Shown one piece after another: positions 1-11,970 of a stretch of DNA of 64,000 bases; position 1 is the first letter of the stretch; each line of letters opens with the position of its first letter. The notes beneath the pieces are model-generated. The model did no database searches, had not been told where the DNA came from, and was given only the letters and a program-made list of their open reading frames with translations. Origin of the DNA: Vicugna vicugna. Lineage: Eukaryota. Location of the stretch: positions 1,638,722 to 1,702,721 of the forward strand of contig MU059820.1 in NCBI GenBank assembly GCA_013265495.1. The letters are read 5' to 3'. The translations under genes and the position numbers were made by a program.

Positions 1-2450
1 TCCTAAGTGTCTCAAGGGCCCCAAGCTTTCCCTCTGGCTAGGGAGAGCCCTAGGAGGACCCCAGCCAGGCGTGGGGGTTCTTCCTTTGTCATTCCGCGCA
101 GGTATCACTATCCTTCCCACCTGGGAAATCTCGAGGTCGGCGCCCAAGAAATTTGGGTTCTTCTGGTGGTGCTGTGGGGGATCCCAGGCCCATTACCGTG
201 AGTGTGTGTGTGTTGAGCCAACGTGTTGGTGGTGGAGGTGGTACAGTGCCCGCTTGGGCGTTTGCTGGGGCAGACTGTGGGCCTGAAAGTATCTCACAAG
301 CACACATCTGCGAGTCTTCACATGCTCCTTTATGCTACTTCTCACACCACGGGATTCGATATCTCACCAGCTGTCACTGTGAAGACCCAGTATTGAGATC
401 TCAAGTACGCGTTCCCGTAACATCCGGGAAATTTGGTTTAAGAAAAGTTTGTTCCTGTTACTTGTCGGGTTTCTCCCACTTCCACTTAGCCATGTTTCTG
501 CGATCTGGGTAATCCCTTTCAAGCCTGGGAGGAATTCTCCCGGGTCCATAATTGAGGATCAGAAATCGTGGGGGTGAGGGAAGCATTAAATCCTCCCGAA
601 GCCAGGAAGGTGCCTGAGCGCACTCGGGGGCCGCCTGCGCAAGCGGCGGCGGGGCCCACCCAGCAGTCCCTTCCCCCGTGGAGTCCTTTCTCCCAGAAGC
701 CTGGAGACAACTGTCCGCGCAGCCCAGTGGGGGATCCCGGCAGGGAAGCCGGCCCGGCCCCTTGCGTCTGGGCACTGCGAACCGGAGCCGCTCATCAGCA
801 GTCCCGCCCGACCCTCTGCGCGCACTGCTGAAAACAGGAAAATGCCCTTGGATCCGAAACGCCAAGGGAAAGTGCTGGTCCCTTTGTGAGCCCAGCGTTT
901 GGTGGGAATCACCAACTTCAGAGCTCGCGCGGTTCCTGGGTTTCGGAGCACCAGCCCTGCGAGCAAGGTTACGGCTTATGGGCTTATGGGTTCCGCAGTG
1001 CGCTCGGGCAGGTGAGGTCCGAGCCAAGGTCTGTACACACTGTCCCGCCCACCGACGGAGCTACTGTGCCTTCAACGCCATTGAACTTCTGACCTTCAAA
1101 AGGGTCCCTGGAAAAGGTCAGGAGCACCTGCTGCAGACAAGGTGGCCGTAGGCCAGGCTCTCCCAACTCCCAGAGGGGAGTACCGGGTCATTGTCCCGCA
1201 GTGAGTTGGGGATTAGCAGGCTCCTCCCGGTCCGGGAAAAGAGAACGAGAAGGCACCAAGAACCAAGACCCTAGCGCCAGCCTCGGGGCTCCAACGTCTC
1301 ACCTCCCGCGCTGTCCTCCAGATCAGGTCCCCCACAGCCTTACAACCTCGGCACATGGCCAAGAGACCCCAGGACCCCTTGCCCTGCGTCCACTGCGGCT
1401 GCCCTCTGACCCTGCGCGCCAGGAAGTGGGAGTCCTCCCAGCTCATGCGACCACGCCGCGTCTGGAGCACCGCGTCTGGAGACTTCTAGAAGGGATGGGG
1501 GTTTGTGCGACCCCCATGGCCGGGGTAGCGTGGAGGACCCTCCGGGGTTGCAGGCGCAGAATCGGGGTGGGGTTGGGTACAAGAGGACTCGAGGTCCAGT
1601 GTAGCCCAGAGGGAAAAGTGCTGGAACTTCCTACGGCCGACTGCATCTCCAACTACCCTTCCCTACTCCAACTGCTTCCTGCCCCCATCATCTTGGCCAT
1701 CACCAATGCTCGTCCAGTGACTCTCGCTCGGTGCCCCTCTCCCTGAAGCCCCAGCCCCTGCTGCGCTTCCCAGAAATTCCGGCTGCTCTGGGTTGCGCTT
1801 CAGGAGCGAGTGCAATTGGGCTCTGTTTCCACCGCTGCCCGGGGCCAAGCCTCTCCGGTAGGTTCGGCTCCCCTGTCTTCTCTCTCCGTCCGACCCGAGC
1901 GTCCCCGCGGCCTCCAGCCCCCGCGGGGAAGGCGCCAATCTCCTTTCGTTCTCCTGTTTCCAGGAGAGAAAGGGCAGGAGGGTCACTTCCGAGACTCACT
2001 CGCGCTGTTTCCCTAAGCGGGGGCGGGGGTGGGGGTTCCTTTCCCTCTGCCCCACCCCACCCCCTTTCGGCTCTCGGGCCTGCGAACTGCGGAGAGTGAG
2101 GGTGCGGGGCCTGCGCGGGCTCGGAGGGCTCAGTCCTCCGCAGGGCACTTTGGCCACTCCAGCTGGGTACCTGCCCCGGAGCCACAGAAGAGGTCTCGGC
2201 AGCGCTTCCTCCTTCCCTTCCTCCTTCGCCCCTCCCCGCCGCTTATCCTAGCGTCCAGGTCCCGAGACCCACTCGCCGGAGCTGGCTGCCGCCGCACGCC
2301 GTGTGCACTCACCGCGACTTCCTCGAGGCCGGGAGCGCGCGGGTCTCTCCTGGGAGAGTCCCTGGAGGCAGCGACGCGGAAGCGCGCCTGTGACTCCGGG
2401 GCCGCGGCGGGGTCGGGAGGCGAGATTCGCCGCACCGAGTGCTCCGCCCG

Positions 2451-2492
2451 AAGGCGGGTCCGCCATAAACAAACGCGGCTCGGTCGCACGTG
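2451..2492 (+). promoter_or_regulatory. Candidate SIM2 core promoter: GC-box-like AAGGCGGGT, TATA variant CATAAA overlapping Forkhead-like TAAACAAA, and E-box CACGTG
   Basis: AAGGCGGGT 2451-2459, CATAAA 2464-2469, TAAACAAA 2466-2473, CACGTG 2487-2492. This is the only AT-rich spot in the island, about 600 nt upstream of the inferred ATG. TSS predicted near 2495 (inference). Confidence 0.55.
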
Positions 2493-3053
2493 GACGGCGG
2501 AGCTGCTGCGCCTCGCGACAGATCGCAGGCTCCGGGCGCCGCGTCTCCAGGCACAGGGAACCGCCAGGAAGGGCAGGAGTGCGCTCCCGGGCCAGGCCCC
2601 AGCCGCCTCCGCTCCCCTCCCGCTCCATGGCTCCGCAGCCGCCGCGTCCTGTGCCGCCCTCCAGCCCGGAGGGGCCTCGCGGCAGCGGGTACGAACACCA
2701 GGTCAAGGACTAAACAGCACCGCCGCCTTCTCGCTGGCCACTCTCCACCCGCTAAGGAAAGCCGAGGCAGGAGAGACAAGGAGGAAGAGCGAGCCGAAGC
2801 AAGCGGGAAGCCTGAGCTCTGGTCGCCGCAGGACAGTCCAGCCCGGAGGAGGCTGCGCCCGGGGCGGCGGCAGGCGGAGCGCGGGGCGGCGCCGCCGGAT
2901 TGAGCCGAGTTCCCGGGCTGCGGCGGCAGAGAGGCGTCCTGGTGGCCCCGGTCGGCCCCGCGCACCTGCCCGCGGCTGGCGCCCCGGACTCACCTGGCCC
3001 CCGGCGCCCCCTTCCCCATCGCCACCGCTGCAGCCAGAGCGGGGCTCCGTGGG

Positions 3054-3209
3054 NNNNNNNNNNNNNNNNNNNNNNNNNNNNNNNNNNNNNNNNNNNNNNN
3101 NNNNNNNNNNNNNNNNNNNNNNNNNNNNNNNNNNNNNNNNNNNNNNNNNNNNNNNNNNNNNNNNNNNNNNNNNNNNNNNNNNNNNNNNNNNNNNNNNNNN
3201 NNNNNNNNN
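3054..3209. other. N-gap (156 nt) hiding the SIM2 start codon and most of the bHLH
   Basis: Read directly. Confidence 0.99.
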
Positions 3210-3271
3210 CAAGGCGTCCATCATTCGACTCACCACGAGCTACCTGAAGATGCGCGCTGTCTTCCCCGAAG
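3097..3271 (+). CDS. SIM2: SIM2 coding exon 1 (bHLH); only 3210-3271 visible, start inferred inside N-gap 3054-3209
   Basis: Visible part encodes KASIIRLTTSYLKMRAVFPE(G), then donor G|GTGAGG at 3271/3272. Start 3097 assumes the 175-nt coding exon recalled for human. Confidence 0.88.
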
Positions 3272-5699
3272 GTGAGGCCGCAGGTGGGCGGCCGGGAGTG
3301 CTAGGGGGCCCAAGCTGAGAGCCGGAGCTGGCCCGGAGGGGCCGCCTGGGTCTCCCAGCCAGGGCCAGGGCATCTTGGGGAGGCCGTGCCGGGAAACTCA
3401 GCTTCTGGTGGAGAGAGAGGCCGGGGCCTTGGTGCCGGAGGGAACAGACCATCGCCTAGCCCAGGGCCGGTAGGGCGCGAACCAGGAATTGTTCCACGAG
3501 CAGACTGGTCCATTCTGGTCTGTCTTCTTTCCTTTCTTCATTTCTTTAATTCTCCTTGTATCTTTTCCTTCAAATTCCTTTTTCCGTGGAAGGGAAGCAC
3601 GTCCACCCTAGGCGGAGGTGAAGGGTTCTTGCTGGTCCCGGATGGGAGAGAGTGGAGGAGTGCACCAGGAGGCCTAGGCCTTGCAGGCCCCAGTGCCCAG
3701 CAGAGCACTTGTTGGGGCAGAGGCCTCAGACTTGGGCCTCTCAGGTGGTCTCTTCTCTGCTTGCTTTTCTTGGGGCTGAGGCTCCAAGTCAGGGTGGGAG
3801 AGACAGCGCGAATAGGTGAGCCGCGATTCGGCAGGGGAGAGCAGGAGGCAGTTAGTCTGGAAGTGGCAGGCAGGCCCGAGCATAGTTTTCTTTGCTGGTT
3901 TGAAATTATAAGCCCAGAGGGGCAGATGCCATGGTGGGCAAGAGTCGCCAGAATGCAAGGGTCCAGCAGACTGTAAGTGGTCAGAAATGGTGGCACACTG
4001 GGTGGGCATTCCTGACCTGCACACGGCCTGGGGTGATGGTGGCTGCCAGGGCTAAGCAGCAGGGCTGGAGGAGGCCTGGTCACCACAGTGTCCCTTTTAG
4101 TGTCCCAGGGGTTCCGAACTGATCGCCTTCCATTGTCTGTGTCCCTTGGACAGAGGGGTGTCCTTCGGCCTGGCGGGTGGGATTCTGACACTTGTCTGGG
4201 ACACTCTGCTCCAACTGGGGCCTGATGGGCGCCTCCCAAGACCTGCAGGCCCAGGAGCCACTAGAGCTGTGTCAGCCTCCGGAGCCTCGGAAGCCGGCGC
4301 CCAGCACGGGACTAGGGAGACAGTTTCAGCTCCAGGGCTCAGGGAGGGTCACTGCCATGCCATGACAGGTGTCTCTCTAGTGCAGAGTGTTTCCATTAAG
4401 GCAGTCCTGGGTCAGGCGACAGACACAAAGTCGGTAAGCTCCATCTTTGTATGGTGGGCACCCCTAAGCTTTATTTGTCTCTGGGCCTTGAGCTGCCCTT
4501 CACATCACCTCCCTGGTGGAGCGAGGAGGGCCTGTCCACCAGCCCAGCCTCCAGCTCTGCAGCGCAGCCGGCTGGGGAGCTGAGCATCGCAGGACACGGA
4601 ACCAAGGGGGCCGGAAGCAGTGTCCTCTTCTCACCGCCGGTGACTTCCAGCTACGCTGTGCAGCCAGGCAGGCACTTTCCTCCCAGAGCAGGAGCCCGTG
4701 ACCTGATCGCCAGAGTCCAGAGGTCTCAGAAGGGAAAATCTCCCCCTTTTTAACCCCAGGCAACCGAGGTGCCCCATCCCCACACTCCTCCCACTGGGAG
4801 CTGCAGCCTGGTAGTCGCTATACATCACCGAAGTAGAGATGATTCCTCTCCTGCAGAAGTTTCAGCGAAAATTAAACAAGAATTAGGTTTTGTAAGGACG
4901 AAACTTGCTTCCCATTCATGGAGGAGTCATGGTAACTGGTATTCTCTGGTGAGCAGTTTCTTAATCCGCATCCTACAAAGCAGGTGTGGAACCCAGACAG
5001 GGCATCGGCCTCCTCTCCTGTTCCCTTCCCACACCATTGGAAATAAAAATTACCAAAAAATGACCAGATTAAATGATTTTTTAAAAAGTCAGAAGTTAGT
5101 AAGCGAGGTCTGGAGAAGGGTAATTGTAAGTCATTTGGAGATTTCCAGGAAAGCTGCTAAAGATTAGGAAGTGGCAGATGTACTGCTTCTGCAGATATTT
5201 AAACTGGGTCTGTGTGTTCGAGCTCTGGGAAGCGGTTCTCCAGGCTTTGTGGTCCAGAATTGCTTGGCTCTGAGCTGGTTACAGAGGTGGGCTAGCTGGG
5301 GGTCCACCGCTAAACTCAGGGCCCCTATGCTTTGTTCCCAGTGGTGTGGTTGAGAAGTGTCCTGTGTGTCCCCTGCGGTGGCCATCGAGATTGGAATTCC
5401 AGGAGAGGTCGGGGAGAGAGCTGCTTGGCCCTAGAGTTTTGGAAATAACCCTTGACCTATGGGGAGCGGATTGATCCCAAATCGGAAAGAGGCCTGATCT
5501 TGCTCCCAGCACTCCTGCAGTGCTGAAGCGGGGAGTAGGCGCACTGGCCTGGAGGGTAGACAGCTGCCTCTGGGCTCCTCCCTGCGCTCAGAGGCCTGCG
5601 GCCTGCAGCTTCCCCTCAAATCAGTCTGGGACTGGAGAGTGGTCAAGCCGGGTGCCAGCGGCAGAGAAAAATATGAGTTTAGGAAGTCCTCAATTATGC

Positions 5700-6420
5700 A
5701 AAAGAACTCGCTCTCCCCTGTGGTAGCTCGAAGCGCGGGAGCGCGGAAGCAGCGCCCATAATTGATTCACCCAGTTCCCGGGAGACTCGGGTCTTCGCCT
5801 AGGAGGTGGTGCGGGGTTGGGATGGGGCCGGGAGGAGCCGCGGGGTCAGGACGCGGGCGTCAGGGAGCTTGTAGGACCAACGCGGTCCCGCGCCGCGGCG
5901 GGAGCTCCCGGATCGGCGCCTGCTCTTGGCGGCGAACGGAAAGATACCGAGCAGAACCGATGTGCCCAGCGCGGCCTCGCTTTCCATAGCCCGGGAGCGG
6001 GCGGGATCCCTGGGCGAAGAGGAGTCTAGAAGCCAAGTCAGGACTTCGGGAGTCAGAAAATGACTAGCACAGTCCGAAGGAAGCACAGGAATCGCCAGAC
6101 TAACCTAACCCTTCGTCGTTGAGAAACTGAGGCCGGCGAGGGGCAGGCCTTTCCCAAGGCCCCCCGCGACGGCCCTGGGCCGGCGGTGGCTGCCCGGGCA
6201 GGCAGGCCGCTGCGCCGCAGGTTCGCCCGCCGCGCAGAGGAGGCCGTTGGCCTCGGGCCCTTTCTTTCGGAGTCCGCCTGGCAGCAGGAGAGAAAGGGGA
6301 GCTCGGAGGAGCCCCGGGGCAGGGGCAGAGAGGCGCCTGGAGCCAAAGTGGACGCTCGGCGGGAGTCCACAAGCTTAGGGGTGCCGGCAACTGAGACAGC
6401 TGGTTCAAGGCGCCCCTCTT
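5700..6420. promoter_or_regulatory. Intronic CpG island (SIM2 intron 1)
   Basis: Dense CpG and GC by eye; boundaries approximate. Confidence 0.75.
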
Positions 6421-7407
6421 CGGGCTGCCCTGCTAGGCTTCTGTCTCCTTGTCTGTAAAATGGGCCTATTAGCAACTCCATCACTGTGCCTGGTTCCTGG
6501 CATCTGGTGTGAGGAAGCAGGTAATGCAAGTGTAAACCTAACATGTTTGTACACCAGTCTCTCCTTCCTGTGAGGTCACTGCTTTTCCTGAGCCAGATGC
6601 CGCCTAAACCGTGGCCGAGGGCCCCACTTGGTGGACCTCCGAGACTCACTGTCTGGAGTTGGAAGACACGCTGGTTTCTGGGTCCCCAAATTTTCTCCCC
6701 TTTAACAGCGAACTAACAAGTGGGAGTACACAGGCAGGGAAGAGAGCAGGAGAGGAAGGCTGGCTTTGGCTGTGGCCTTGGAATTGAAAACTTAGTGAGT
6801 TAACGTGGTTGGGAGAGCCTGGTACACACAGGGTTCAGGGAAGCACTAGGGCCCGGGTTCTGCTAGCCTCTTTGCAGTGTGGCCTGTCCTTCAGGAAAGG
6901 GAGTGCTTTGGAAACACAGAAGCACCCAGTGTCGGGGGAGTCTGTGGTTTTCTGGCCATAGCTGCATGGTGACCATGCCAGGCAGGATGCAGGGCAAATT
7001 CTGCCATCTGGTGACCTGCCCTGAGCCTCAGGAGGCAGGAGTCAGAGCTGCAGGGGCTCCATGGCCAATCACCAGAATTAAGCACCTTCCCAGGAGCCTG
7101 GGTTCCCACACTCAGCAGTGGGGCAGAGGGTGGCATCCCCTCTGGGCATTTGCACAGAAAGGGCTGGAGGAGGGACTGGCTCCAGGTCCCAGTTCAGGAA
7201 TGGAGCTGGAAACTGAGGCAGACTGTGGGAAGAGAACAGAGCCCCTCTTCCCCGCTCCATGGACCTGAAGTGATGTGGGTGAGAGAAGCACTTTTACTCC
7301 AAAGAAGCGAAAATGTCACTCCCACACAGTAAGTGGGATTGGAGGCCTGAATTATTCCAGTGGCGGGATTTGTCTGAGTTTAGATTCAGGCAGAGCCCTT
7401 CCCCCCC

Positions 7408-7408
<1 letters not shown>

Positions 7409-7466
<58 letters not shown>
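7409..7466. repeat. (AC)29 perfect microsatellite
   Basis: Read directly. Confidence 0.97.
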
Positions 7467-7468
<2 letters not shown>

Positions 7469-10400
7469 GAGGGCCCAGGGGAGGTGGGGGAGGGAGGCTG
7501 TCCTAGAAATTGTTTAGGAATGGAAATGCTTTGATTTAGAGGATTTGGTGATGAAAAACTTACCTTAAACCGATATGGGGTCACAGATTCGAGGCATTTC
7601 TCTACAGCAGCCCGAAATAATGTATTTTTTATAGAGAGACTTTTTTAGAATAATGTGGGTTTTTACAACTGTCTCCCCATCTCTGCGTGGAAGCCTGCAG
7701 GCTGTGTGTGGATCCAGGGAGGGAAAGCTCACAGTCACAGAGCAGGAAGCTCAGGCAGTGGTGATGGGAACTCCATGGATGTGGGGCCCTGGCGGTTGGG
7801 GGCTAGTGGGGTACTGTAGATTCAGCCCCCAGGACCAGCCAGGGGTGGGGTGCTCGGGGTCGGGTGGAGCTCGGACAAGAAGCTGCTTCATGCCGACCCA
7901 GGGATGCAAAAAAAAAAAAAAGAGAGAAGAAGCCTCTTGGAGGTGGCACTGGCCATGTGCACTCCCTAGTGCAGTGGGCTTAGCGGAGCCTCCATCCCAA
8001 CCCTCAGGATCTAAGCATTAGGCAGTGGGGTCGTGGGGTGCTTGCATCTGTGGGCTGAAAGCCTACAACACTGGCCGGGACCGGCAGGGCCCTTCTGGAA
8101 CTGCTTCCCCTGCCTCAGTTGGGCCGAGTCAGACCTTGTTGGGTCGTCCCTACTTACCACTACCTTCACAGCCCCTCCAGGCCTGCTATGCAGCTGTTGG
8201 TTTGGAAAAGGGCTCAAGGGCCAGGCTTTTGAGGGACCCCAGAGACAAAGAAACATTCCAAGGTCAGAGGTGGACTAAAATGCCACCGTTTTAGATGCCC
8301 AGGGTTACCCTTGGGAAAGTGTAAGAACCCCAGTCCATCCTGGAAATTCTTACCCAAGTCTAGACCCCAGAGCTGGGACCTGCTGGTCACTGGCCATAGC
8401 AAGACCTGCTTCCAGGTCCAGAGGAAGAAGCAAACCCAGCTAGCTTCCTCCTTCAGGTCTCAACTTGTGTCCCCTCATCTGAGGAGGCAACCCTATCTCA
8501 CAATGAAGGAACCCCTCCACTATCTCCCTTTTGATAGCAAGTCATCTTATTTGTGTGGTTTCATGTTTATGGTTTGTGACCTGCACCTGGCTGGGGCCTA
8601 AGCACAGCACACACTCAAGAGCAGTTGCTGACTGACTAACTGAGCACCCAGAGAAGAGGGACCATATTTAGATAGCTTCTGTGGCATCAGGGCCTCGCAG
8701 GGTTTAAACCAAACAGCCAGCTGAGTGTGGGTGGGTACGAGGTGCAGGCACATACAAACTTTCGAAGGCAGAGGGGGAAAGGGACACCTGGCTTGCTTTC
8801 CCTATGGCCTAGTGGTTGACCACCCCCTCCCCAGTGACCTGTCCATCTGGATTCCCAGTAGCAGCTCAAGCAGGACTCCAAACCCCTGCCAGAAACCAAA
8901 GGCCAGGTTTGGAACCCCCAGCTGGTCCCCTGCCATCATTGGGGTGGGGGAGGGGCTCCCAGAATCAGGTGAGACAGATCACCAACAGCTGGTAACCTTG
9001 AAGGAGCTTAACCAAGTCTTTTCTTATACTTTCTCTCACTTCTAACAAAGTCCTTTGTTAGGTCCAGGTAAGGGCCACACGCCCAGCGCCTCAATTTTCA
9101 GGAGTATATATGGCTTTATGGTAACAGGATGATTTTTTTTTTGTTACAAATCTTTCCTTATTTAATCTCTACATTCAGCCTAAAGTAGATTTTTATGGGC
9201 CCAGTGGAAAAGCCTCGCCCATAGTGGTTTCTAATGGAAGAGCTGGCAGCGCCATCACCCTATGAGGTGTCATGAGGCAGGGACACTTGAGGGGAACTTC
9301 ACCACCCGCCCCCACTCACTCGTACCAGGTCCAAATCTCCGCTGGCAACGTGGAGGCATCAGGAAACTACAGGAAAAATTATACTGATGTAAGAGAACAG
9401 GCTCTTGAAGTATCCAGGTATTTGAATCATACGCAAAATTGTCCTGTGTAGTCAGCGCACTCTTGCATGTGAGGCCAGAGCTCTTGGGAGACCCAGGCAG
9501 GGGAGTCTGAGGTTTGGGGGTCATTCCCAAAGGTGCAGATTTCCTCAGGTCACTCAGCCCCAGACCACGCGAGGAGCTGAGGCGGGGGCAGTGCTCACTG
9601 TCTGCAGGGAGCCAGGCAAGGGTGGCTTGGCCCGAGCCAGGGGATGGGCCCAAGACTAGGATAAAGGATGGTTACCAGGGCGCATTTTCGGAAGTCAGAA
9701 TTCCTGGGTCCTTGTTAAATTCTTTCTTCATTCAAGCCTCTACAGCTCTTAAATTTTGAATCTTTCCATTTCTGGTTAAATAGAGTAAATGCCGCCGCCA
9801 CCAGGAGAGCCGCTTGGGTTTTGGGGAGGAAGGGCCTACGTGAGAGCCAATCATCCTGTACTGTGGTCACTGTGGTCATCCTTGGGAGTGGGTTAGGGTG
9901 GGCAGTGATTTCCTAGGGTTAAGAGAGATCTCCGTTCTCCTGGTGGATTCTGGTGATAGGGGACTGCAGTCATATTTGGGGAATCAATATGTGTGGAAAG
10001 TAGCCATGTCCTTAAGGGGAGACAGGATAAACCCCTTATTCTAGAAGCCCAGGAGGAGAATTAAAGGTCATCTCTTTTTCAGTTGCAGTATAGAGTTTGC
10101 CGAGAAGGGTCTCCAAAGCCTTTCCTGGGGCCTTGGGTCTGGAGGTGCCCTGGGCCTGTGCACACCCCCACGCTGAGGGTGCGTTTTCTGCCTGCTGGAG
10201 TCAAGGGCTCCAGAAGCTTCGACGCCCAAGGCTTCTTCAGGAACAGTGGGGAGACCCAGGGTGCCTGCCCGACACTCTTCGAGAACCCACTCACCGCCCA
10301 CCTGGAGGGCTGCTGGGTCCTGGGAGTACTCCTCGGATTTGGAGTGGTTGGACGAGGTCCCCAGTCCAGCGTGTTCTGCTCTGGTCTCTGGTCCCGCATG

Positions 10401-11379
10401 CCCGGGGGGGGCAGCGGGCAGGGGACTGTTATGACCTGCACTTCTGGTGGGAGGGGAGGCGAACAAGCCAGCTGGACCCCTAACTCACCTCGCAGGGTCA
10501 AAACCTGGGATGGGAAGCACAGAGCGGGCCTAGACCCCGGGGGCGGGGCGTTCTCCGCGGGAGTAGGGGATGGATGCTGACACCGCGGCCACCAGCCTTT
10601 GCCACCTCGCGCCGGAGCCTCGGGCTCACTGGAGAGTTTCGGGCCAGGCCCCCAGCAGAAGGACTGATTCCAGGGAGCGGCTGGGGGTTCTCCCGACTGG
10701 GGCTTAGCGCTACAATCTCACTCGGCTTTCCTACTTCCTCCTGAACGTTCAGAGAAAAGCCTGGGATCTCCGGGGTCACAACAGCTGAGTCGAGGGCGCA
10801 AGGGAGGAATGTTCTGCTGAGCAGGACCGTCTTTCCCTTGGTGCACTTTCTGCAACACTGGCGGCCCTCAGGGAGGTGGTAGGGAGCAACAGGAGGCCTT
10901 GGGGGGACAGTTAAGAAGCGCAGAGGCTGTGAGACCCCCAACTATGTGACAACAAATACCTCCCAGTTTCCTTCACGTACATATGCGGCTCTCCCCGCCT
11001 ACGGCCCATCCCCCGTCCCGCCGCTGGCGCGTTAGGAGTTTGCCTACGAGAAAGCCCCCAGGCAAACCCTTCCCAGACTGTAGCTCCTGGGGCGCCAGTG
11101 AAGGCTGGCGAGTTTGAGGGGGCTACCGAAGGTTGAAGAAAGTTTTTTTTTTTTTTTTTTTAATGAGGGAAAAGCTGCCTCTAGGATGGCGAGGGCTTTA
11201 AGTCTGGGCCTCCCTATCTTTGGGAAAATGCACAACTGCTGGCGACTCAAAGAAGAGAGGGAGGCAGGACCCTTGGGGAAATATTTACTGGTCAAATCGA
11301 TATCCCCGTTTGGCTGTGAGGATGGCCGATTTCAAAGCAGATTAGGTTACTTTGTGGCATTTCAAATAAAACGGCAATT

Positions 11380-11970
11380 TCAGAGCCGTGAGCACGTGGG
11401 CGACCCACGGGAGCTAGGGGCCTGGTGGGCTAAGTGCGCGGCCAGGGCGCTTGGACCCAAGGCCCGGGCGAGAATTTCTCATCTGGTCTTTTACTTCTTA
11501 ATCGAAGTCAAAGGGACAATGGCCGGCGGCGGGAGTGCGAGGAGCTGAGGTTGCGCGCGCCCTCCCGGGTGCCCCGGCTCCCGGCTGGGCGCTGTTTACT
11601 GGTTTACTTTATTCCCCGTCCAGGTTTAGGAGATGCGTGGGGACAGCCGAGCCGCGCCGGGCCCCTGGACAGCGTCGCCAAGGAGCTGGGATCACACTTG
11701 CTGCAGGTAGTAGAGCCGCCGCTCCGGGGAGGGAGGGGGCGGGAGCGCTGCCGCCGCCGCCGCCGCCAACCTCCCTGGCCCGCGCCCGGGTGGGGACTCT
11801 CTTATGACCTCGCCACCCTAGTCTCCAGGTGTCTCTCCTCAAGGAGCCCTGGGCAGATCCATGGGCCGTCCCCAGGCTGCAGAGGTCTCCCCGAGGCTAG
11901 AGGCCGTGGCCGAATTTCGAGGCAAGAGACTCTTCACGAACTCCGCCTGGGGGGCCGGGACCCAGTGTGG
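11380..11970. promoter_or_regulatory. CpG island around SIM2 exon 2
   Basis: Dense CpG and GC; includes (GCC)6 at 11750-11767. Confidence 0.75.
11624..11706 (+). CDS. SIM2: SIM2 coding exon 2
   Basis: ccag|GT TTA GGA... encodes (G)LGDAWGQPSRAGPLDSVAKELGSHLLQ; donor CAG|GTAGTA; 83 nt. Confidence 0.97.

Larger units (their letters stand above)
1450..3500. promoter_or_regulatory. CpG island over the SIM2 promoter, 5'UTR and exon 1
   Basis: Very GC- and CpG-dense by eye. Boundaries approximate. A further CpG-rich block lies at about 560-1100. Confidence 0.9.

Noticed and set aside
546-5765. Identical 10-mer CCATAATTGA at 546-555 and 5756-5765 at the edges of two CpG islands
   Set aside because: Many repeated 10-mers are expected by chance in 64 kb; no other support.
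7275-7584. ORFs with (HT)n or (CV)n repeats
   Set aside because: Translations of the (AC)29 microsatellite.
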